Origin: Candidatus Sumerlaeota bacterium
Lineage (GTDB): Bacteria; Sumerlaeota; Sumerlaeia; Sumerlaeales; Sumerlaeaceae
DNA length: 64,000 bases
Assembly (NCBI GenBank): GCA_012513815.1
Contig: JAAZBM010000007.1
Span: 22,153 to 86,152, forward strand
Direction of reading: 5' to 3'
Part shown: one piece after another, positions 44,611 through 52,836 of the stretch
How positions within the stretch are numbered: the stretch's first letter is position 1
Layout: each line of letters opens with the position of its first letter
Program-made: the position numbers and the translations under genes
Notes under the pieces: generated by a model
What the model saw: the letters and a program-made list of their open reading frames with translations, nothing else
Told to the model about the DNA's origin: nothing
The model's database searches: none

Positions 44611-45138
44611 CTAATTCATCAGCCCACGCAACTTGGACGACAGCGACGACACGACTCCTGTTCGGGCCTTGACTGTCCCGGCCGGATTGCCAATAAAAAG
44701 CTGCGCCCAGTAGTTTTTGCCCGACGCGTCGCGGGCCAACCCCATCTCCTCAAAGTTGGGGTTGAGGATGTTGTGCCGATGTCCGCGCGACTTCATCCAA
44801 GCGGAGAAAACCTCCGACACTGACTCCTGCCCCATGGCGATATTCTCGGCACCTGTCGTATAGCGCACACCTGCTTTGTCCATCAAATTGAAGGGTGTTC
44901 CTAATTTGCGCGAATAGTGGCTGAAGTAGCCTCGTGCCGCCATATCGTTCGCCTTGGTTTTGCATAGCCGTGTCAGCGTCGCGTTGAGCTTGAGCGGACG
45001 CAAACCGGCCTCGGAGCGAGCTTTGTTGACAAGCGTCAGAACACTCGCGGCATCCTTGTCTGCCTCCGAGGTTTCCGAGGCCGCCATGACCTGTACCACT
45101 GCCAGCAAGCAAATAACAATCAACACAAAACGAAACAT
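44611..45138 (-). CDS. Secreted CAP/SCP (PR-1/YkwD-like) domain protein
   Basis: The signal is MFRFVLIVICLLAVVQVMAAS. CAP motifs are GYFSHYS, GAENIAMG and WMKSRGHRHNILNPNFEEMG. An alternative start at ATG 45156 (MREESRMF..) abuts the ispE stop. Confidence 0.8.
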   Translation of the reverse strand: MFRFVLIVICLLAVVQVMAASETSEADKDAASVLTLVNKARSEAGLRPLKLNATLTRLCKTKANDMAARGYFSHYSRKLGTPFNLMDKAGVRYTTGAENIAMGQESVSEVFSAWMKSRGHRHNILNPNFEEMGLARDASGKNYWAQLFIGNPAGTVKARTGVVSSLSSKLRGLMN

Positions 45139-45157
45139 CCGCGACTCTTCTCTCATC

Positions 45158-45985
45158 CTAACTCGGCAGTGTGTAGGCATCGGCAACAGCGTTTCTCTCT
45201 GCCAAGGCGAAAAGGGTGCTGCCGCTACCGCACAGCATGGGTCGACGACCACCGCGAACCGTCAGCGCATGGCAGGCGTTCACATACCATGGAACATCCT
45301 TGACCACAGCCTCAAAATCATTGTACATAGAGGCGGTCAGTTCATCGATTGTTGACGCTGGATTCTGCAAACATGTCTCAAATTCTCGCACCCGAATCGG
45401 CGACGACGAACGCATCTCCCCCAGTAAATCCAACGCCTTGTAGGCCAACGCTGTCGAAACACGCTCGGATGGGAATTCCAACAGTAGCGGACGCGAAGGC
45501 ACACCCTCGATAGGCGTCAGAATCTCGCCGCGACCGGTTGCCATCGCGCAATGACCGAGCAAAAAGAACGGGCAATCGCTGCCAAGACGAGCCGCGTAAG
45601 TGACGAGTTCGCCACGGCTCAGGCGCAAATCGAACAAATCGTTGACCGCGCGTAGGGTCTCGGCGGCGTTGCTGCTACCGCCTCCCATGCCACCCTCGAG
45701 TGGTATGCGCTTGTCGACATGAACATGAATGGGGCGCACACGCTCGTCGCCACATTCGCGCCGAAGCAAATCCCATGCCTGCCAAATCAAGTTCTCGTGC
45801 ATAGGGACATTGGGCATTCCATCAACGATTGTGGTCTCGCCGCCGGTCACTTCAAATTCGAGCGTGTCGCTCAGGTCGATCATCTGAAAGACAGTCACTA
45901 TGTCATGAAAGCCATCGTCTCGCGGCGGTGTTTTCACCTCAAGATACCAGTTAATTTTGGCATATGATTGCAGCGTCAGTTTCAT
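45158..45985 (-). CDS. ispE: 4-(cytidine 5'-diphospho)-2-C-methyl-D-erythritol kinase
   Basis: The N-terminus shows AKINWYLEV. The GHMP-kinase motif is IPLEGGMGGGSSNAAETL. Length is 275 aa. Confidence 0.92.
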   Translation of the reverse strand: MKLTLQSYAKINWYLEVKTPPRDDGFHDIVTVFQMIDLSDTLEFEVTGGETTIVDGMPNVPMHENLIWQAWDLLRRECGDERVRPIHVHVDKRIPLEGGMGGGSSNAAETLRAVNDLFDLRLSRGELVTYAARLGSDCPFFLLGHCAMATGRGEILTPIEGVPSRPLLLEFPSERVSTALAYKALDLLGEMRSSSPIRVREFETCLQNPASTIDELTASMYNDFEAVVKDVPWYVNACHALTVRGGRRPMLCGSGSTLFALAERNAVADAYTLPS

Positions 45986-46155
45986 AATAATATATTACCA
46001 TCAGCCGGACGGTTTTCGTTTGTGGAGTTTTTCATAGATATAAAATCGCACGAACGAATATCTATCTTTGATATGATACAAGGGCATTTGTGATTAGAAC
46101 CGTAGCCGCCCAACTTCTTGAACAAATTCATTTTAAGAAAATAATAACCACTTTT

Positions 46156-48063
46156 ATGGACACAAAATCTACCGGGTCACAACCATCTGGAACAAGTCTG
46201 CGAAAACAAGCTTTTGGAGTTTTGGCACTTGGCGCTCTTGGTGTTGTTTTCGGCGACATCGGCACTAGTCCACTCTACGCTTTCAAAGATTGTTTCAGTG
46301 GACATTACAGTCTTCCTATGACCCGTGAAAACATTATTGGCATTCTCTCACTCATCACGTGGTCACTCTTCATGGTCATTACCTTCAAGTACATCTGCTT
46401 TGTACTGAGAGCGGACAACAACGGACAGGGCGGAACGTTCGCCATGCTCGCGCTGTTGCGCAAGACCATCAAGGACCCCAAGAAGGCCGGAATCATCGGA
46501 ACGCTGGCAATTATGGGCGCGGCACCACTCTACGCCGAGAGCATCATCACGCCCGCCATCTCCGTTCTATCGGCCATGGAAGGTATCAGCGTTTACACCG
46601 ACAAACTCAACCACTTTATCATTCCCAGTACACTGGTGATTCTTTTCCTATTATTCATGATGCAATCGCGCGGGACAGCCAAACTTGGCAAGGCATTCGG
46701 GCCGGTCATGCTGACATGGTTCATCGTTATCGCCACACTCGGCATGATTCAAGTCTTCAAGAATCCTCACGTGCTCATTGCTCTTAACCCCGTCCACGCC
46801 GCCACATTTTTCGCGCACAACGGCATCCTCGGATTTTGCATTCTTGGGTCCGTTGTTCTAGTCATCACGGGTGGCGAGGCGCTCTATGCGGACATGGGGC
46901 ACTTCGGGGCAAAACCGATTCGCTGCGTGTGGTTGTGCTTGGTTTTCCCGGCGTTGCTGATGAACTACTATGGTCAGGGCGCACTGATACTCACCTCTCC
47001 CGAGGCCATCGCCAACCCCTTCTTCCGGCTTGTCCCGGCACATCTGACACTACCCATGGTGGTCCTTGCGACCATGTCGACCGTCATCGCCAGTCAGGCA
47101 ATGATTTCCGGCATTTTCTCCATCACGCAACAGGCAATTCAGCTGGGCTATCTGCCAAGAATGCACATCATCCACACGAGCGCCAGTGCCAGTGGACAAA
47201 TCTATGTGCCGTTCATCAACAAGCTCCTCATGTGCGGGTGTCTGGTGTTGGTGGTCATGTTTGAGACGTCGTCAAATCTGGCCGCCGCCTACGGTATTGC
47301 CGTCACCGCGGCCATGTGCATGACAAGCCTTCTGTTCTATCGCGTCGCGACACAGCTTTGGGGCTGGCCCCGACACATCGCACTGCCACTCGTATGCGTC
47401 TTCCTTTGCTTCGATCTGCCGTTCTTCCTGTCGAACTTGCTCAAAGTTTCGCACGGCGGCTGGGTCACTATCCTCGGTGGTCTGATTGTCGGATACATCA
47501 TGGTCGTTTGGCGTAATGGCCGTGCCAAGTTGTCGACCGCCGTCAAAAAGTTGACGCCGACTGTGGACGATTTTATCCACGACATCGAGGAAAGAAAAGT
47601 TGTCCGCGTACCCGGCACCGTCGTCGTGATGGGTGGGCACAACGACACCGTCCCCATGGCGCTCTCGGCTTATGTCAAACGCAGCGGGTCGCTCCATGAG
47701 CAGGTCATCCTTATCACGATGGACACTCGAACCGAACCGACCGTCGATGAGGAAGAGTGCGTCAGTGTGCGCAAACTCGACAGCGGTTTTGTCCGCATAA
47801 CGGGATCATTTGGATTTATGCAAACGCCTGACGTTCGCGTCGTCAGTAAACAGGCAAAAGTGCAGTACAAGGTCAATGTCGACTATGACCATAGCACCTT
47901 CTTCCTTGGTCGCGAGTCACTGGTCATGAGCGAACAACCCAAGATGCTGCGCATGAGCCGGGCAGTCTTCGCGTTCATGTCGCGCAATTCGTGGAACGCG
48001 GCGGACTTCTTCCATCTGCCCCCCACGCACACAATCGAAATCGGCGTGCGCCTCGAGTTGTAG
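46156..48063 (+). CDS. kup: KUP/HAK/KT family potassium transporter
   Basis: LGALGVVFGDIGTSPLYAFKDCF and NGQGGTFAML are present in a polytopic membrane body with a C-terminal cytoplasmic domain. ATG 46156 (MDTKSTG) is preferred over the GTG at 46090. Confidence 0.93.
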   Translation: MDTKSTGSQPSGTSLRKQAFGVLALGALGVVFGDIGTSPLYAFKDCFSGHYSLPMTRENIIGILSLITWSLFMVITFKYICFVLRADNNGQGGTFAMLALLRKTIKDPKKAGIIGTLAIMGAAPLYAESIITPAISVLSAMEGISVYTDKLNHFIIPSTLVILFLLFMMQSRGTAKLGKAFGPVMLTWFIVIATLGMIQVFKNPHVLIALNPVHAATFFAHNGILGFCILGSVVLVITGGEALYADMGHFGAKPIRCVWLCLVFPALLMNYYGQGALILTSPEAIANPFFRLVPAHLTLPMVVLATMSTVIASQAMISGIFSITQQAIQLGYLPRMHIIHTSASASGQIYVPFINKLLMCGCLVLVVMFETSSNLAAAYGIAVTAAMCMTSLLFYRVATQLWGWPRHIALPLVCVFLCFDLPFFLSNLLKVSHGGWVTILGGLIVGYIMVVWRNGRAKLSTAVKKLTPTVDDFIHDIEERKVVRVPGTVVVMGGHNDTVPMALSAYVKRSGSLHEQVILITMDTRTEPTVDEEECVSVRKLDSGFVRITGSFGFMQTPDVRVVSKQAKVQYKVNVDYDHSTFFLGRESLVMSEQPKMLRMSRAVFAFMSRNSWNAADFFHLPPTHTIEIGVRLEL

Positions 48064-48102
48064 CGCAACATCCCACAAGCGACACCATCGCACGGATATA
48101 AT

Positions 48103-48146
48103 AAAGCTCCGCGTCGGTCATCACATCACGACCGGCGCGGAGCTTT
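48103..48146. terminator. Bidirectional hairpin terminator between convergent kup and the GH3 gene
   Basis: An 11-bp outer stem AAAGCTCCGCG/CGCGGAGCTTT encloses a further inner pairing. T-rich flanks are present when read on the minus strand (AGCTTTATTATAT). Confidence 0.6.
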
Positions 48147-48170
48147 CAATTACTCTGTGTTGGAATCGCC

Positions 48171-50624
48171 TTAGAGCGTCACAGCCGCTTTGAGCGGAAG
48201 CTGTGCCGAGGACGGCCCAACCAAGATTTCGAACTCACCGGGTTCGACGACAAAGTCATGAACGCTGATGTCGTAGTAGGCAAACGCTTCTTTGTCAAGC
48301 TCGAGGGTAATGGTCTTGCTCTCGCCCTTCTTCAGCATCACCTTCTCATAGCCCTTCAGTTCCTTCAGCGGGCGTGGCTCGCTGCTCTCGACGTCGTGGA
48401 CATAGACTTGCGCGACTTCGGCGGCGTCCATATCGCCCGTGTTCTTAAGCGTGAAGCTCACCTTCACCTTGTTGGTGTCAATCTTCTCGACGGCGAGGTC
48501 GCCATACTCAAAGGTGCTGTAGGACAAACCAAACCCGAACGGATAGAAGGGTTTCTTGCCTGTGCGGTCGTAGCCGCGATAGCCGTAGAAGACGCCTTCG
48601 CTGTAGAGAATGCGTTTGTAGTCCGACGACTGATTTTCATAGTAGCTGTCGAAAACAGGGTTGTCTTCCCATTTGCTCTCGATGGAGATGGGGAGTTTGC
48701 CGCTGGGCGATACTGCGCCGGTCAGAATCTCAGCGAGCGCGATGCCGCCTTCCTGCCCGGGATACCACGCCATAATGATGGACTGCGCCTTGTCAGCCCA
48801 TGCGCTGAAGTCGATGCCACCACCGGCATTGACAACAATCACCGTGTTCTTGCCGAGCTTCGCGACGGCGTCAATCAGATTGCGCTGCAGCTCGGGCAGT
48901 TCAAACGGACGGTCAAAGCCTTCGCCTTCGCTTGCCGAGTTAAGTCCAAGCGACAGCACGACATTGTCCACACCCGCCAATGCCTCGTTGAGCACAGCTT
49001 CATTCAGGCAGTCGGTCGCGTCAAAGTTGACACGTGCGTCGCCCTTCTCCTCGAAGTACTCGATGCGCATTTTGTAGGTCTTGCCGGCTTCGACTTTGAG
49101 GTTCTTATCGGCGCTCGTGAAGGAGTGCGTCCCCCAATCGCCCATGAAGAATTTGTCGTCGATATACAGACGGAAACCGTCGTCGGCACCCAAGACGATG
49201 CGGATATTGCCATCATTCTTCGGGCAGTAAAAGCCTGTCCAACGAGCCGAGAAACCGTTCTCGGGGAAGTCGGCAAATGGCGCGTCTTCGCCCCAGTTGA
49301 AGCCGATTTTCTGGTCAATCTGCGTCTTGTCCGGCGTGCCTTCAAGCTTGGTGTTCTTGTAATATTCCGCGCTGAAGCCCGGTGTTTTACGTGCTTCATC
49401 CGTGAAGAACTCGGCATTCTTGTAAATTTGCGTATTCGGCAGGAACACAAACTCGTCCTTGAGCGCGTTCTTCATGCCCTGCGCCAACGTGACCGATGTA
49501 ATCGGGTGGACAAAGCCGCTGCCGCCACCCGTAACAATCTGGTCGGCGTTCGGCCCAAGCAGAGCCGTCTTGCCCTTGAGCGGCAAAGAGCCACCCTCGT
49601 TCTTGAGCAGCACAACGCCTTCGCGGGCGATGTCAAGCGCCACCTGTTTCGATGCCGGATCATCCTTCGTGATTTCCTTGGGCGCTTCGGCCTTCTTGTC
49701 CAGAAGCCCAAACGCGCTCAGCGTTTGCAGAATATGCTGACACTTCAAATCGATATTCTTCACCGGAACAACGCCACTCTTGATAAGCGGCATCAGTTTT
49801 TCTTCGTTCATCCAAACGCCACTGGGCATCTCGAGATCCAGTCCGCCGTTGGCTGCGCCTTCCGCCGAATAAACCGAAGTCCAATCCGACATCAGAACGC
49901 CCTTGAAGCCCCAACGCTCGCGAAGCGTGACGATGTTGAGCCACGGATTCTCGGACGCGTGAACGCCATTGAGCATATTATAGCTGTTCATCACGGCACC
50001 AACATGCGCCTCCTGCACGGCCTTGCGGAATGCCGCAAAATAAACCTCGTTCAGTGTACGCTCGTCAACATCGGAACTCGTGTGATGACGATCCCACTCC
50101 TGATTGTTTGCCGCGAAATGCTTGATGGTCGCAATCACGCCTTCGTCCTGCATACCGAGAATATAATACTTCGCGGTCTCGCCGGTCAGATAGGGGTCCT
50201 CGCCAAAATACTCGAAGCTACGCCCGGACAATGGCGCCCGGTAGATGTTGACGCCGGGGCCAAGCATGAAGCCGACACCACGCGCCGCCGCGTCACGACC
50301 AATGCCATGACCTAACTTCTGATTCAAATCGCGATTCCATGTAGCCGCCGACAAAATACCGGACGGATACAAGGTGCTGTGCGTCTTGTTGCGGACGCCC
50401 TGCGGACCATCCGCCATACGAACCTCGGGCAACCCGAGCCGTTTATTCTCTATTACCGAAAACGCGTCATAACCGGAAATGTAACGAAGCTTCTCTTGCA
50501 AAGTCATCTGCGAAACGATTTCCTTCGCTCTGGCTTCGTCTTTTTCCGTAATCTGTACCGGTGCCGCTGTCGCGCTCAAACACACGGTTGCACTCATGAT
50601 ACCCATAATGATCCTATCTCTCAT
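48171..50624 (-). CDS. Glycoside hydrolase family 3 beta-glucosidase with an inserted PA14 domain
   Basis: GH3 motifs are KHFAANNQEWDRH and GFKGVLMSDW (the nucleophile Asp). The PA14-like insert reads FSARWTGFYCPKNDGNIRIVLGADDGFRLYIDDKFF. The signal peptide is MRDRIIMGIMSATVCLSATAAP, starting at ATG 50624. Confidence 0.9.
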   Translation of the reverse strand: MRDRIIMGIMSATVCLSATAAPVQITEKDEARAKEIVSQMTLQEKLRYISGYDAFSVIENKRLGLPEVRMADGPQGVRNKTHSTLYPSGILSAATWNRDLNQKLGHGIGRDAAARGVGFMLGPGVNIYRAPLSGRSFEYFGEDPYLTGETAKYYILGMQDEGVIATIKHFAANNQEWDRHHTSSDVDERTLNEVYFAAFRKAVQEAHVGAVMNSYNMLNGVHASENPWLNIVTLRERWGFKGVLMSDWTSVYSAEGAANGGLDLEMPSGVWMNEEKLMPLIKSGVVPVKNIDLKCQHILQTLSAFGLLDKKAEAPKEITKDDPASKQVALDIAREGVVLLKNEGGSLPLKGKTALLGPNADQIVTGGGSGFVHPITSVTLAQGMKNALKDEFVFLPNTQIYKNAEFFTDEARKTPGFSAEYYKNTKLEGTPDKTQIDQKIGFNWGEDAPFADFPENGFSARWTGFYCPKNDGNIRIVLGADDGFRLYIDDKFFMGDWGTHSFTSADKNLKVEAGKTYKMRIEYFEEKGDARVNFDATDCLNEAVLNEALAGVDNVVLSLGLNSASEGEGFDRPFELPELQRNLIDAVAKLGKNTVIVVNAGGGIDFSAWADKAQSIIMAWYPGQEGGIALAEILTGAVSPSGKLPISIESKWEDNPVFDSYYENQSSDYKRILYSEGVFYGYRGYDRTGKKPFYPFGFGLSYSTFEYGDLAVEKIDTNKVKVSFTLKNTGDMDAAEVAQVYVHDVESSEPRPLKELKGYEKVMLKKGESKTITLELDKEAFAYYDISVHDFVVEPGEFEILVGPSSAQLPLKAAVTL

Positions 50625-50916
50625 CAATTTTTCTCGCAATAAATGGGAATTATTCAAGCAGAAATAAAACTCGAACTATTACTTAGGATATAACACAAGG
50701 CTTGAATCATTTTGAATTTTGTGTTTTCCAAATAAACCCATCGCCTACTAATCATAATAACCCTGAAAGAGACTTTATATCAAAGGCAAAGAGTCTCAAA
50801 TCTTCCAAAAGAGCATATGTGTTATTATTAGCTTAAGTTCACATTTCTCACATTGACATTCATCTATCTGTTGTATAGTACATCACATAGACAGTCATCT
50901 ATATGAGGTACTTAAT

Positions 50917-51204
50917 GTGAACACGATTGATGTGGCTCTGATTTGCAAGGCTTTGGGTGATTCCAATCGACTGCAAATTGTTCAGATGCTATCAGATGGA
51001 GAGAAATGCGCCTGTAAGTTGCAAGAGCAGTTTGCAATAACGCAGCCGACTTTATCCCATCACATGAGAATTCTTTGCGAAAGCGGGCTTGTGAATGTTC
51101 GAAAAGAGGGAAAGTGGAGTCACTATTCGCTCAACTGCGAAACATTGGTCGCATTTCAGCAATTTATCGCTAGTGTTTCCTGTGGTAAAAAGAAAGGCAG
51201 GTGA
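50917..51204 (+). CDS. ArsR/SmtB family transcriptional regulator
   Basis: ICKALGDSNRLQIVQMLSDGEKCACKLQEQFAITQPTLSHHMRILCESGLV is the wHTH with a CxC site. The start is GTG with GAGGT 7 nt upstream. Confidence 0.9.
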   Translation: MNTIDVALICKALGDSNRLQIVQMLSDGEKCACKLQEQFAITQPTLSHHMRILCESGLVNVRKEGKWSHYSLNCETLVAFQQFIASVSCGKKKGR

Positions 51205-51209
51205 TACTC

Positions 51210-52205
51210 ATGTGGGGATTCATTCAAAATCAGCTACTTGGGATGGAATGGTTGAACGATCTTATCGGCGAATGTCTGTCGTTTACGGGCCTTGACCTCT
51301 CAACACGCATCGGTGGCAGTATTCACTTCTTTTTGTATGATGTGCTGAAAATTACGATACTGCTATGTTTTTTGATATTTGTGATTTCATATATTCAGAG
51401 CTATTTTCCTCCGGAACGTAGCAAGAATATCTTAGGACGCTTCCGTGGAATTGGTGCCAATTACATCGCCGCATTGCTCGGGACAGTTACACCTTTTTGC
51501 TCCTGCTCATCGATTCCCCTATTCATTGGGTTTTCTAGTGCGGGATTACCCCTAGGGGTGACATTCTCGTTTCTGATTTCATCTCCTATGGTTGACCTTG
51601 GGAGCCTTATACTGCTCATGAGCATATTCGGAACAAAGGTTGCCATTGTATATGTACTATTTGGTTTAGTGATTGCAGTGATTGGTGGGACACTGATTGA
51701 GCGGTTACATATGGAGCCGTATGTTGAGGACTTCATTAAGAATGTGAGTGCTGTCGATATTGACTCACCTGCACTGACACAGAAGGAACGGCTCGATTAC
51801 GCTAAAGACCAAATGCTTTCCACTTTTATGAAGGTCATACCATATATACTTATCGGTGTCGGCATCGGGGCAATAATCCATAACTGGATACCCGAAAGTT
51901 GGGTTCAAACGGTACTTGGCACCCATAACCCTTTTGGCGTTATGATTGCGACCATTATCGGGATTCCAATGTATGCAGACATTTTTGGAACAATTCCCAT
52001 AGCGGAGGCTTTGCTTGCAAAGGGCGCACAACTTGGCACGATACTTTCCTTTATCATGGCAGTGACCACCCTGTCTTTGCCATCGATGATTATGCTTCGC
52101 AAAGCGATAAAACCACAGTTATTAGGACTATTCATCAGCATTTGCACCATCGGCATTATCCTCGTTGGCTACCTGTTTAACGTATTGCAGTTTATGCTGA
52201 TATAG
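51210..52205 (+). CDS. Permease (COG0701/UPF0718-type, ArsP-like)
   Basis: The motif TPFCSCSSIPLFIGF is present in a product with about 8-10 TM segments. It abuts the arsR stop. ATG 51210 is preferred over the overlapping GTG at 51201. Confidence 0.85.
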   Translation: MWGFIQNQLLGMEWLNDLIGECLSFTGLDLSTRIGGSIHFFLYDVLKITILLCFLIFVISYIQSYFPPERSKNILGRFRGIGANYIAALLGTVTPFCSCSSIPLFIGFSSAGLPLGVTFSFLISSPMVDLGSLILLMSIFGTKVAIVYVLFGLVIAVIGGTLIERLHMEPYVEDFIKNVSAVDIDSPALTQKERLDYAKDQMLSTFMKVIPYILIGVGIGAIIHNWIPESWVQTVLGTHNPFGVMIATIIGIPMYADIFGTIPIAEALLAKGAQLGTILSFIMAVTTLSLPSMIMLRKAIKPQLLGLFISICTIGIILVGYLFNVLQFMLI

Positions 52206-52306
52206 GTAAAGAGATACACTAATGAACACAAAAGCAAAATCACCTTGTCCTTGACAGAATACTATCAGGATTAAGACACATAATCTATAATAAGGAGCAT
52301 GAAACA

Positions 52307-52651
52307 ATGGGACTGTTCAACAAAAAAGACAATAAGAATAAGTGCTGTTGTAGCGCTGATTACAACTCAGAAAAAATGGAACAAGCCGAAGCCACTAAGG
52401 CAACGCCCGGAATTAAAGTACTTGGCTCCGGTTGCGCCAAATGCAACGCACTTGAAGCCGCCGCAAAAGAAGCCCTTGCCGAACTTAACATGGACACGTG
52501 CATCGACCACGTGACCGACTATGCGCAAATTGCCGCTTATGGCGTAATGAGTACGCCGGCACTTGTCGTCGACGGCAAAGTGGTATCAGTTGGTAAAATT
52601 TTGAAAAAGAACGAGATTATTGCCATACTAAACAAGAGTGGAAATAAGTAA
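52307..52651 (+). CDS. Thioredoxin-fold protein (redox-active disulfide protein 2 / Thioredoxin_3) with a Cys-rich N-terminal extension
   Basis: The core is IKVLGSGCAKCNALE...YGVMSTPALVVDGKVVSVGKI. The N-terminal extension is MGLFNKKDNKNKCCCSADY. AAGGAG lies 9 nt before the ATG. Confidence 0.85.
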   Translation: MGLFNKKDNKNKCCCSADYNSEKMEQAEATKATPGIKVLGSGCAKCNALEAAAKEALAELNMDTCIDHVTDYAQIAAYGVMSTPALVVDGKVVSVGKILKKNEIIAILNKSGNK

Positions 52652-52702
52652 GAAAATAAAGCCCGCAATATATCTGAAATACAGGTGTAATGCGGGCTAA
52701 AG

Positions 52703-52779
52703 TGGTACGCCCGGCGGGAGTCGAACCCACGACATCCAGATTAGAAGTCTGGCGCTCTATCCAGCTGAGCTACGGGCGC
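52703..52779 (-). tRNA. tRNA-Arg (anticodon TCT), CCA encoded
   Basis: The reverse complement is GCGCCCGTAGCTCAGCTGGATAGAGCGCCAGACTTCTAATCTGGATGTCGTGGGTTCGACTCCCGCCGGGCGTACCA. The anticodon loop is CTTCTAA. Confidence 0.95.
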
Positions 52780-52836
52780 ATATGCCTTTTTATCTACCGT
52801 CTGTGACAGGAAACTTTCATTTTCTTCTAGAGAAAA

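Noticed and set aside
48258-50315. A 685-aa + strand ORF opposite the GH3 gene
   Set aside because: The minus frame has unmistakable GH3/PA14 motifs. The + product is low-complexity and Arg/Val/Leu-rich, which is typical of a shadow ORF.
50850-50916. An ArsR operator or sigma70 promoter upstream of arsR (TTGACA at 50854-50859, direct repeats of TCATCTAT)
   Set aside because: The TTGACA-to-TATAGT spacing is only 14 nt, and no clean 12-2-12 inverted repeat is present. This is too weak to annotate.
52299-52514. A 71-aa ORF in an alternative frame overlapping the thioredoxin-like gene
   Set aside because: Its ATG is only 1 nt from the SD. Its product is Lys/Pro-rich, while the +1-shifted frame encodes the conserved GSGCAKC thioredoxin-fold protein.
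50660-52779. Calling the low-GC ArsR cassette a mobile element or genomic island
   Set aside because: The window holds no integrase, transposase or recombinase. I could not find a direct repeat of the tRNA-Arg 3' end near 50660-50900. It is kept only as a compositional observation.
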